The notes under the pieces: model-generated | The model's input: only the letters and a program-made list of their open reading frames with translations | The model's database searches: none | What the model was told of the DNA's origin: nothing | Origin: Cyanobacteriota bacterium | GTDB taxonomy: Bacteria > Cyanobacteriota > Cyanobacteriia > Cyanobacteriales > Nostocaceae | Direction: 5' to 3' | NCBI GenBank assembly: GCA_046045965.1 | Contig: JBJOKS010000009.1 | Coordinates: 64,001-128,000 of the forward strand | DNA: 64,000 nucleotides | Shown here: positions 10,186 through 19,352 of the stretch, piece by piece | Numbering within the stretch: position 1 is the first letter of the stretch | How the letters are laid out: the number at the start of each line of letters is the position of its first letter | Translations under genes and position numbers: made by a program

Positions 10186-10818
10186 TCAGGATTCCACAGT
10201 GCAGCTATTACAACGATTCATCGCCTTTTCTACACCCTGCTTCAAACTGAGTTCCACACAGTCAACCACAAAGTCCAGCACCTGAGACATCAATTTATTT
10301 TCCGTAGCCGAAAACCGCCCCAAAACATGAGAAACAGTGTCACCATTATCGTCATTAGCAGCACCTTTGGGTTTACCAATACCGATGCGTAAGCGGGGAA
10401 AATTTTGACTGCTCAAATGGGAAATAGTGCTTTTCATACCGTTATGTCCGCCAGCCGAACCAGACAAACGCAGACGAGTTTTTCCTAAAGGTAAATCCAT
10501 ATCATCATAAATTACCAGCACTGATTCAGTCGGCAATTTATACCAACTTGTTACCGCTTGTATAGACTGTCCAGAACGGTTCATATAGGTTAGGGGTTTC
10601 AAGAGGCGAATTTTACCGCCACCTGGTGCAGTACCTTCGCCAAACTGTCCTTGAAACTTGCGATTTTCTGCCAGGGAAATTTGCCAAGCACGAGCAAGAC
10701 TATCTATAGCCGCAAAGCCAATATTATGGCGCGTTTGGTCATACTTAGGCTCTGGATTCCCCAACCCGACTATTAGCTGGGGAATTACCAAAGCAGCTTG
10801 GGTAACAGCTTCTGTCAT
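10186..10818 (-). CDS. pth: peptidyl-tRNA hydrolase
   Basis: LIVGLGNP, TRHNIGF, KPLTYMNRSG and GGHNG. Confidence 0.95.
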   Translation of the reverse strand: MTEAVTQAALVIPQLIVGLGNPEPKYDQTRHNIGFAAIDSLARAWQISLAENRKFQGQFGEGTAPGGGKIRLLKPLTYMNRSGQSIQAVTSWYKLPTESVLVIYDDMDLPLGKTRLRLSGSAGGHNGMKSTISHLSSQNFPRLRIGIGKPKGAANDDNGDTVSHVLGRFSATENKLMSQVLDFVVDCVELSLKQGVEKAMNRCNSCTVES

Positions 10819-10838
10819 TTTTGCTATACAATATTTTC

Positions 10839-11105
10839 CTAGCTGGTAGCAGATGAACCCGCATTATCTTGTTTAGCAGATTCAATTTGCTTAGGTTCAA
10901 TTTCAGCAGTAGTTTTTACAGTTTGTTCCAATTGTTCTGCTTCTCGTTTAAACTCACTTTGAAATTCATTAGAAGCTTCTTGGAAACTGCGAATGGTTTT
11001 ACCCAAACTCCGACCAATTTCTGGTAGCTTCTTGGGTCCGAAGATTAATAAGGCCACTACCATAATTACAGCCATTTCTGGCAGACCGATACCAAATATA
11101 TTCAT
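10839..11105 (-). CDS. tatA: TatA/E twin-arginine translocase subunit
   Basis: FGPKKLPEIGRSLGK after a single TM helix. Confidence 0.9.
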   Translation of the reverse strand: MNIFGIGLPEMAVIMVVALLIFGPKKLPEIGRSLGKTIRSFQEASNEFQSEFKREAEQLEQTVKTTAEIEPKQIESAKQDNAGSSATS

Positions 11106-11232
11106 TTCTACCTACAAGGGATAAGGTATTTATAGATAATCTTAGCTGATTGCTGATAACTGATTACTCAAAAACCCGGACAAGCCGGGTCTATGGTTAC
11201 TTGTGATCCAAGTTATAATGGCTGTATAGCAA

Positions 11233-11436
11233 TTAGCCGCCTAGACTGCGCCAGTCAACAAGTACATCCTGAATTAACAGTGACTTGTTGTAAACTTGCA
11301 GAATAATTAGCAAAAACACGAAAAATAAGCCCATAAAAACACCCATTAAAGGTGTTGTACCCCAACCTGGAGATACTTTACCATATTCAGCGTTTAAGGG
11401 TCTGAGGATATCTCCCAACTTAGTCCGTTGTGCCAT
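11233..11436 (-). CDS. psbH: photosystem II PsbH
   Basis: [21 protein letters not shown]. Confidence 0.95.
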   Translation of the reverse strand: MAQRTKLGDILRPLNAEYGKVSPGWGTTPLMGVFMGLFFVFLLIILQVYNKSLLIQDVLVDWRSLGG

Positions 11437-11668
11437 AGTTCACCTAAGATCAGTTGCCAAAGCTTTTTTTAATTTTCTTATTCCCCACTGTAGGGTGCTG
11501 CAATATTTCAGCAGGATTTTTACCTTACGTCTGGGATGTTCTGACTATGACGATAATACCACTATCAGGGTAGGGTCGTTTACCTGAGTTTGCTGAATGC
11601 GGAAATAGTATTTACGTTAAGTTTTGTAATATTCTAGAAGATAGCTCTCATAATATAACTCTAAATTT

Positions 11669-11806
11669 ATGGACTTAGAACCCGGTTTAGTGCTTGGTGT
11701 TTCCTTCTGTGCCATTCTTGTTGCTATCACTGGTATGGCAATTTATACTTCTTTTGGTCCTCCAAGCAAGGAATTAGGCGATCCTTTTGAAGATCACGAA
11801 GATTAG
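11669..11806 (+). CDS. psbN: PsbN, 45 aa
   Basis: Not in ORF track. Manual translation: MDLEPGLVLGVSFCAILVAITGMAIYTSFGPPSKELGDPFEDHED; divergent from psbH as usual. Confidence 0.95.
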   Translation: MDLEPGLVLGVSFCAILVAITGMAIYTSFGPPSKELGDPFEDHED

Positions 11807-11940
11807 AAAGGTGCTTAATGTGATATGATGGTGGGCATTGCCCACCCTACTGTACATTATTTGATATCTTATTTTACATGGCTTGAGGATTTTTACTAAG
11901 AATCTTGGGTAAAAAAAACAGTAAAATTATTAAAAATACT

Positions 11941-12095
11941 CTTGACAAGTTTTCAAGTTTTCTGTTAGTGTTTAAGTATAGTGGGAATCCGTGCGCGCAT
12001 ATATATAAGGTTTTGTTTTCCCAAGAATATTTTTGTCTGAATCAGGATTTCCAGGATTTTAGGATTTACAGGATGTTGTTGAATGATTGTTGGTT
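11941..12095 (+). repeat. promoter-bearing dispersed element (TTGACA...GTGCGCGCATATAT...AGGAT-periodic repeat), copy A
   Basis: Aligns by eye with 58204-58376 and the reverse complement of 59458-59618. Confidence 0.7.
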
Positions 12096-15000
12096 GGGAA
12101 GTTGAAGATTTTTTTTGTCATTATTTCAAAACTTGCTATTTTCCAAGGTGCGATTTTTTCAATTTCTTGATTTATCGGTCTTTCCAATAAATCAACTGCT
12201 TCCCCGAAATCAAAAAAGTCACTTTCTAAACCTAACTCTGCTGTTTTTCCGTGACATTCATAAAAACGAAGAATCAATTTTTGACTATCATCTTCACTGG
12301 GTTTTAAAGCCATTACAATTAAATTATCTGCTGATAACTTGAGAAAACTTTGATTTTGATAAATGCTAATTTCAGATGTTGGAATTTCTGGATTTACTAA
12401 CACATTTAATGGTATATTTAATTCATAACCTTTTTTCACTGTATCCGCTTCTTCCCAACTACCAAGATGAGGATATAAACTATAAGTAAATTCGTGTATT
12501 CCTCTATCAGCTTGAGGGTCTGGCCAGTTGGGACTTCTGAGCAGTGTTAAACGGAGTTGATTGGTTTTTGCATCGTAACCATATTTACAATCATTCAGAA
12601 GACTAAATCCGTATTTTCCGCTTTCTGTGTCTGCGGTTAAATCTGCCCATTTTAAAGCGGGGACTTCCCATTTTGCTTGTTCTGCGGGGGTTTGGGGGTT
12701 TGTAGGACGACGAATAGCACCGCAGGGAATTTCATAAGTGGCAAATTCAGCGTTAAGATTGAGAGGAAAAGCTGTTTTAACTAATACTTGATTTTCCTGC
12801 CAATTTACAGTATTATTAACTTTGAGAATTGGGGAAGCGGTTTGTAAAATGTAATCTTGAGCAAATTCCGATTTCCCAAGTTGACGAACTACCCGCAAAC
12901 GTTGTTGTATTTTTCCATGTTCTAACCATTGAATTGATTTTAATTCGGTTGGAGGTAGGGGTTTGGTGTTATAATTTGGATCAATATTCCAAGCATCCCA
13001 ATATTGTCCACTGTCTGCAAAAGCTTGGAGTTGGTTTCCTGCACCGTTTAAAATTTCCCGTTGTTGGGTTTTGTCGAATAAGCTTTCTAAGTCTCCGGTT
13101 TCTGGGTTGACTTCAACTCGCAGATATTCATTTTCCAATTTCCAGTTTTTGGGAAGTTCGTTTTTTTCAATGTGGGAATTTTCAGATGTGGGAGAAAGCC
13201 AATATATTTGATATCCTATTGATGGAACGGTTGCGAGAAATAAGAGAGAGTTTTCGCTTTGTTGGGATGGAAGTTTGTTTCCCTCAAAGTCGTAAATTTC
13301 CCAGGTTGGGTTAATGTAACCCTCAGAATGGAATTCTGGAGCTACACAAACAAAGTCCACCTGCGCGGACTGGGATTCTGTTATGATGTTGGGTAGTGTA
13401 ACGCTGACGACTTCCGAGCGTTCCCAGTTGAGAGAGTTAAAAATTATGACAGGTATGCTATTGGGTTGGGGTGGTTGTGGTAAATTGATGTGAGATGTGA
13501 TCGCTCTTAAAGATTCATCTAATATTTTCCTTCCCACTTTTTCCACTGCTTCCCATTCCGGTAACGCATCCTGGTAAACTTGAGTAATGGAAGAACCGGG
13601 GAGAATATCGTGAAACTGGTTAAACAAAACTTGTTTCCAAGCTGTTTCTATTTCTGCTTTTGGATATGGGAGACTACAGGTAACAGTTGCGAGAGTTGCG
13701 AATAACTCAGCTTGATATAATAGATGTTCAGATTTACGATTGAAGCGTTTTTGGTCTGCGTGGGTAGTATAACATCCGCGATGAAATTCTAGATATAACT
13801 CATCTTCCCATACTGGCAGATTTTGGGGCAGATTTTCCGACTGAGATTTTATTTGTTGTAAATAATTTTCCGCAGTTGTAAATTCCAACTTAGGAAAAAT
13901 GGGAGAATGTTCCCAGCGTCGTGCTACTTCTAGCATATCACGAGTTGGACCACCACCATGATCACCGACACCAGGAAGCCAAAGCGCATCATTTAAACCC
14001 GTTTGAGTTTTCCACTCACACAGATAATTAGCCATTTTAACAGGGTTGATAGTTTCGCCGATAGGTGCAGACATATAACTTAATATTTGACTACCATCGA
14101 GCGATCGCCACCAAAATAAACCATAATCAAACTTAGTCGTATCATTCCAGCGTAGCTTTTGGGTGACAAAAAACTCAATTCCTGCTTGAGTTAAAAACTG
14201 GGGTAAAGTTGCACAAAAACCAAAAGTATCAGGAACCCAAACTATGGGAGATATTTTCCCGAACTTCTGCAAAAAATAACGCTGACCATATAATAATTGT
14301 CTAACAATAGACTCACCAGAAATCAAATTTAAATCAGGTTCAACCCAAAAACCCCCCAAAACTTCCCATCTTCCTGATTTTACCTGATTTTGAATTTCTG
14401 CAAATAACTGAGGACGATTTTTTTCAACCCAAGCATATAAAGCCGGTGTAGTATGACAAAAAATCAACTCTGGAAAATCTCCCTGTAATTGTAACACAGA
14501 AGCAAAAGTATTTTCTGCTGCCTTCCAAGTTTCCGCAACAGGCCATAACCATGCTAAATCTAAATGAGCATGACCCAACAAATATATTTTATAATTTTGA
14601 ACGCCGATAAACGCAGATGAACGCAGATAGACTTCTCGTATTTTCAGCAGAAAACTTTTCCAAACTTCTTCCTTCTCTTCCTCTGCGTCCTCTGCGTCTC
14701 TGCGGTTCGTTACCTCTTCAATACCTGCAACCAAACCAACTAAACCCTGTGGTGAAAACCTTTCTAAAATAATTTGAGCGATCGCCAACTCATCAGCAAC
14801 AAAACCAGCATCTACATCATTGTAATCCAAAGACTCAAAAATTAAAAGCGATCGCATTAACGCCCCGTCACAATGTCCTGGACTCACCAACCGCACCGCA
14901 ACAAAAAAAGTATCTCCAGGATTGACCCCTTGACTTAGAAGCACCCTTGGTGAAGAATCAAATAAATCACCTGTTAATACCAGATTACCATTAACATAAA

Positions 15001-15319
15001 CTTCAGCAGCATCAGCCCACCAAACCAAAGCCAACCGCAAAGACAAACCAGATAAAGGATAACCTTGCAAATTTTCGGGAACAACGAACTTTTGCGCTAA
15101 CCAAATTACCTGCTTTCCACCTGTCCAAGCAATATGAGATTTTTCATTTAGCTCAACAGGTTGCCAGTTAGATAAGTTTGATTTTATCACCTCAGCAATT
15201 TCCCAGTCAACTTGCTGATAGAACCAAGAAAATTGAACATCAACTTGACAGCAAGAGCGTAATTTTTCTATTGCTTCTGATATAGATTTATTTTCAGACG
15301 GAGATAGAGAAAAAGTCAT
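12059..15319 (-). CDS. alpha-mannosidase, glycoside hydrolase family 38
   Basis: GHAHLDLAWLWP, WVPDTFG, GVGDHGGGP, ELYLEFHRG and QFHDILPG. Confidence 0.93.
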   Translation of the reverse strand: MTFSLSPSENKSISEAIEKLRSCCQVDVQFSWFYQQVDWEIAEVIKSNLSNWQPVELNEKSHIAWTGGKQVIWLAQKFVVPENLQGYPLSGLSLRLALVWWADAAEVYVNGNLVLTGDLFDSSPRVLLSQGVNPGDTFFVAVRLVSPGHCDGALMRSLLIFESLDYNDVDAGFVADELAIAQIILERFSPQGLVGLVAGIEEVTNRRDAEDAEEEKEEVWKSFLLKIREVYLRSSAFIGVQNYKIYLLGHAHLDLAWLWPVAETWKAAENTFASVLQLQGDFPELIFCHTTPALYAWVEKNRPQLFAEIQNQVKSGRWEVLGGFWVEPDLNLISGESIVRQLLYGQRYFLQKFGKISPIVWVPDTFGFCATLPQFLTQAGIEFFVTQKLRWNDTTKFDYGLFWWRSLDGSQILSYMSAPIGETINPVKMANYLCEWKTQTGLNDALWLPGVGDHGGGPTRDMLEVARRWEHSPIFPKLEFTTAENYLQQIKSQSENLPQNLPVWEDELYLEFHRGCYTTHADQKRFNRKSEHLLYQAELFATLATVTCSLPYPKAEIETAWKQVLFNQFHDILPGSSITQVYQDALPEWEAVEKVGRKILDESLRAITSHINLPQPPQPNSIPVIIFNSLNWERSEVVSVTLPNIITESQSAQVDFVCVAPEFHSEGYINPTWEIYDFEGNKLPSQQSENSLLFLATVPSIGYQIYWLSPTSENSHIEKNELPKNWKLENEYLRVEVNPETGDLESLFDKTQQREILNGAGNQLQAFADSGQYWDAWNIDPNYNTKPLPPTELKSIQWLEHGKIQQRLRVVRQLGKSEFAQDYILQTASPILKVNNTVNWQENQVLVKTAFPLNLNAEFATYEIPCGAIRRPTNPQTPAEQAKWEVPALKWADLTADTESGKYGFSLLNDCKYGYDAKTNQLRLTLLRSPNWPDPQADRGIHEFTYSLYPHLGSWEEADTVKKGYELNIPLNVLVNPEIPTSEISIYQNQSFLKLSADNLIVMALKPSEDDSQKLILRFYECHGKTAELGLESDFFDFGEAVDLLERPINQEIEKIAPWKIASFEIMTKKIFNFPTNNHSTTSCKS

Positions 15320-15483
15320 AAGAAATTAACAATTAATGTAAAAATTCCGATGAGGATGGGGATTGTCTAAATTAAACTTACTTGATCTGATTTTCCGTTA
15401 TGATAATGGCATTGACTGACGATAACTAACAGTTTTGTGGGAGTCTCAAAACTCAAGAACATTCAAACCAACCAATATCTATC

Positions 15484-16947
15484 ATGTCTTCTGGTTCCTC
15501 TAGTCGTTATCAAAGTAAAGTATTTAACTTTATCAACCAGCATTCTCAGCGGTTGAGTCAACAGTGGGAAAACACGATCCGAAATTTGCAAGTTGCTACT
15601 AAATGGAGTGTGGAGGCGCTACTTTACCCACTTTACCAGATGTTTCAGCCAGATGAACTGACGGGAAAAAGGCTACAAACCAAACCGAAACAACCCCAAC
15701 CACAGTTACAAGCAGAAACTCCCCCACCTGCTGATGCTCCAATTCAGCAAGTGTTAGAGTTAGTTAAAAATCTACCATCTGCGGCCGCTTCGGAAACACA
15801 AACTTCACAAAATGTCAAACCTTTAGCTTTCTTGGGTGATACCCTGGGGAAAGTCGCTACCCGTCTAGGGTGGTCAAAATCTCATCCTCCGCAAATTCCA
15901 CAGCCAGAAAATACTTTACAATACCATATACCAACGGTACAGGGAATTGCTGTGAAATTGGAAAATCGCCATTTGGTGCTTGTGAGCGAAAATAACAAAG
16001 TGCTAGATGTTTTGACAATTCAACAACAAGGAAAATTAGCCGATAGCATTAATAGTGAAGTAGCTGAATATTGGCATTCTTTAAAGTTAGCCGCAGTCAG
16101 GAAAGAGCAGGAATTATTACCAGAAATTGATCGCATTTTGACCAAGTTAACTATTAATAATAATAGCACAACTGATTTACCTGAAAGCAATAATTTTAAC
16201 GTAAATATACAATCTGCTTATCCTGGCAAAATTTTAGCATTTCTAGATACAGCCTTAGCGAAATTGGAAGCTAAAACTATTGTACCTGTAAAACAACGCA
16301 GTCAGGAAATTATTCAAATAGCTCAAACGCAATTGGATATATTTATTTATGGAAAAGAACAAGTAGAAGCCAGAGGAGAAATTTCCGTTAATGCTGATGG
16401 TTTGGAAAATCAAACTTTGAATATTTCCGCATTAATTGAAGCTGCGATAAATCACTTTTTTGGTGGGAGAAAAATTCCCAAGTTTGCAGAAAACGAAACT
16501 TTCCAGAAACTACCTGCCAAACCCGTCAATAAAGTTTATCAAAATAGTCAGTTACAAACATCAAATTTAATTGCAGATTCTTGGTTAACTTGGGGTGATT
16601 TATTTGGGAATGTAGACATAAATTCTGATGATGGAAATCTAGGTTTAACGACTAATTCATTTACAGAAGATCACCAAAAAGAATTATTACCCAAATCAGA
16701 ACAGCGTTTATTTAAACGTCAAAAATCAACTAAAGGAAATACTCAATACAGTGTTGAAAATGAGAGAGAACCAGAAAAACAACAATATCAATTACAACCA
16801 GATTGGATAGAAACAACTGCAACATTTATAGGGTATGAAAAGCATCCCTTAGAGGAGATTTTAGCATGGTTGGATCATATAATGCTTTGGATAGAAATGA
16901 TATTTATGAATATGATTTATTTCTTTAAAGGGTTGTTGCAAGTTTAG
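15484..16947 (+). CDS. hypothetical protein (RYQS N-terminus, GYEKHPLE C-terminus)
   Basis: 487-aa ORF with no recognised domain. Confidence 0.7.
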   Translation: MSSGSSSRYQSKVFNFINQHSQRLSQQWENTIRNLQVATKWSVEALLYPLYQMFQPDELTGKRLQTKPKQPQPQLQAETPPPADAPIQQVLELVKNLPSAAASETQTSQNVKPLAFLGDTLGKVATRLGWSKSHPPQIPQPENTLQYHIPTVQGIAVKLENRHLVLVSENNKVLDVLTIQQQGKLADSINSEVAEYWHSLKLAAVRKEQELLPEIDRILTKLTINNNSTTDLPESNNFNVNIQSAYPGKILAFLDTALAKLEAKTIVPVKQRSQEIIQIAQTQLDIFIYGKEQVEARGEISVNADGLENQTLNISALIEAAINHFFGGRKIPKFAENETFQKLPAKPVNKVYQNSQLQTSNLIADSWLTWGDLFGNVDINSDDGNLGLTTNSFTEDHQKELLPKSEQRLFKRQKSTKGNTQYSVENEREPEKQQYQLQPDWIETTATFIGYEKHPLEEILAWLDHIMLWIEMIFMNMIYFFKGLLQV

Positions 16948-16957
16948 TTATCTTCAT

Positions 16958-17020
16958 ATCCCCGACTTCTACCAGAATGTTACATCTAAATAAACATAAT
17001 TTTTCAAAGAAGTCGGGGAT
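16958..17020. repeat. inverted-repeat element ATCCCCGACTTCT...AGAAGTCGGGGAT
   Basis: 13-bp perfect inverted repeat between convergent genes. Confidence 0.7.
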
Positions 17021-17035
17021 CTAGGAATTTATAAA

Positions 17036-18100
17036 TTAAGCTACACAAATTCCATATTGGGGTAGTAAGTCGTGAATGATGTAAAATTGATGTGCTTCTA
17101 AAGCGTCGTGAAATAATTTCCAATTGCTGACCAAGAAACTGGGATGATAGGGAAAAATTTCATTTCCTCTATCAACCGTGTTTTCAGTTCCCAAAGCTTG
17201 GTATTTCCAGGAACCTTTACCTTTAGGAATATAGTTAATATTAGCTGTACCAAAACTAAATTTACCTTGGGAAATAGCATCTAACCATTTTTGATGACGA
17301 ACATGGCCTTTAACATCTGTAATATTTTCCAACATCCAAGCAATTAAACCTTTATCTGATTCTGGTAATCCTGGTACAATAGCATCAGGATCACCTTTTA
17401 AATAACGCTGCATAACCTTACACATATTATCAGCAGCTTCCAGAAAATCTTGAGGATTATTGCGTCTAATTTTTTCACCTCTACCATTAATATAACCCCA
17501 ACGTAAATAAGGCTGATCAGGATGAGTGAGAACCGCACCATGTCCTAAAGGTAAAGCTTCACTAACAAAATAATTTTTTAATCTATCCATTAAATTTTTA
17601 TCAGGTTTGTCATTTTCATCAAGTAATTTTTTCGCTTCATTTACCCGATGGTTCACACCAGCAAAACCTTGATGCGCCCAAGTATCAACATAAACGTGCA
17701 TTGTAATACCCAAACGATGTAAACTATAAGCAGTTTCACGACGGTTGATACACTCCTTGACCATCTGCTGTGCAACATCACTATTAGGACGACAAATCAA
17801 TTTTTCAATAAACTTTCCTTCTGGGTCTTCACCTGCTTTTTTACCGCCATTTCCTGGTAAAAAATGAAAAGGAATCCAAACATGATAATTTGCTAATTCC
17901 TGAAAGTTGCGATAATCTAGCATTTTATGAGCGGAACTGATGCGGGTAAACATCGCACCATTATCGAATTTTATTAAACCGCTATTAATTGCATCATCTA
18001 CATATTGAGCGCAGTAAGCCACTATACTAGCATCTTCGTGGTTAAAACCCGCTAGTCGCGCTACTACGTAGGTGACACCATGATGAAAGTCTATTTGCAT
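17036..18100 (-). CDS. DUF6765-like protein, possible Zn-dependent phospholipase C/P1 nuclease fold
   Basis: M..DFH N-terminus, QYVDD, HFLPG and LGITMHVYVDTWAHQGF. Confidence 0.6.
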   Translation of the reverse strand: MQIDFHHGVTYVVARLAGFNHEDASIVAYCAQYVDDAINSGLIKFDNGAMFTRISSAHKMLDYRNFQELANYHVWIPFHFLPGNGGKKAGEDPEGKFIEKLICRPNSDVAQQMVKECINRRETAYSLHRLGITMHVYVDTWAHQGFAGVNHRVNEAKKLLDENDKPDKNLMDRLKNYFVSEALPLGHGAVLTHPDQPYLRWGYINGRGEKIRRNNPQDFLEAADNMCKVMQRYLKGDPDAIVPGLPESDKGLIAWMLENITDVKGHVRHQKWLDAISQGKFSFGTANINYIPKGKGSWKYQALGTENTVDRGNEIFPYHPSFLVSNWKLFHDALEAHQFYIIHDLLPQYGICVA

Positions 18101-18243
18101 CTTGAGTCAGTTATGAATTAGTGAATTTACTTATAGACTACAACGATTTGGTCATCGTTAGTTATCATACCCAGATATCCAACTTCACAATAAAATTTCA
18201 TCTGCGTTTATCTGCGTTTATCTGCGTTTGAAAATTTTCCATT

Positions 18244-19209
18244 TCACCACAACATCCGATTCAAAAAATGTTGTAACAACTTGATCCCCTCCGGCTCATG
18301 ATAATCTGTAGGTAACAAATCCCGTATTGCTTGCTGTAAATTTTCCAACGCGGCATCTATTTCCTGACGCTTTGGTCTTGTAGTTGGGGAAAAATATAAA
18401 GGTTCAGCCACCCGAATTGTTAACTTTTTTCTCAAAAACAGGTCATGAGTACCAATTAATGCTATGGGTACAATTGGCACTCCAGCCCGCAACGCATAAA
18501 TTACAGTTCCTCGTTTTAGGGGATGCAAATGACCCTCAGCAGTTCCCAGTCGTCCTTCGGGAAAAATCATCAACCCATCCCCACGGGCTAAAATTGCGGC
18601 AACAATGCGATCTATGCGGCGTATTGTGTGGATATCTCCACCAGAATTAACAGTATCTTTAATAACTTGAGCAAGTTCTGTTAAATCATCTCGTCCGGCT
18701 TGAGCAGCAGCAATCACAGCTTGTTCTTCACCCCAAATGCGTTCTAAAGGGATGACACCACCTGCAAAACCTAAAATCCAGCGTTTCCACCATTTGTTAT
18801 AGAGAGTGCGGGCATCACCGAGAATATAATAGTGTGGCTGGGTAGGTATTTCTGCGAGTAAAACTAAGGGGTCGATGTGATGAAGATGGTTAGCAGCTAA
18901 AATGGCTGGTGTGGGTGGGATATTTTCGATGTTTTCGACTTTGACACTGAATAGGGAATGAATGAGCGATCGCACTACCCAACGTCTAATTTTAGCATTA
19001 ACTCGCGGTTCCGAATATCCCTGAGTAATAGCAGATAGCCCATTGAGAGTAGTGTCTATAGTATGACGAATAGAGCGATGGCTACGCCCGCCGAAGGCAT
19101 CGCTCGCCGCAGCCACACCTTCCCATACCCGCTTAATAGCAGCCTCAGTTAAAGGCGGTAAATTCTCCAACTCGTTATTATTTTCCATCTTGAGAATATA
19201 CTTTAACAA
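18244..19209 (-). CDS. 1-acyl-sn-glycerol-3-phosphate acyltransferase family protein
   Basis: NHLHHID (HX4D) and FPEG motifs; true start probably the ATG at 19188. Confidence 0.88.
   Translation of the reverse strand: MLKYILKMENNNELENLPPLTEAAIKRVWEGVAAASDAFGGRSHRSIRHTIDTTLNGLSAITQGYSEPRVNAKIRRWVVRSLIHSLFSVKVENIENIPPTPAILAANHLHHIDPLVLLAEIPTQPHYYILGDARTLYNKWWKRWILGFAGGVIPLERIWGEEQAVIAAAQAGRDDLTELAQVIKDTVNSGGDIHTIRRIDRIVAAILARGDGLMIFPEGRLGTAEGHLHPLKRGTVIYALRAGVPIVPIALIGTHDLFLRKKLTIRVAEPLYFSPTTRPKRQEIDAALENLQQAIRDLLPTDYHEPEGIKLLQHFLNRMLW
19075..19103. repeat. 21-nt insertion in a HIP1 site (in frame in the acyltransferase)
   Basis: GCG+ATGGCTACGCCCGCCGAAGGC+ATCGC. Confidence 0.75.
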
Positions 19210-19352
19210 CCCAGTCCCCAGTCCCCAGTACCCAGTCCCCAGTCCCCAATCACCAAAATTTCTGTAATTCCTCCCACAGTTAGAAGCTATTTTCCCTACA
19301 ATGTACGTTGATAGGCTAATAGCTTGCTGGGAAAGTAGGTAAAAAATTAACC

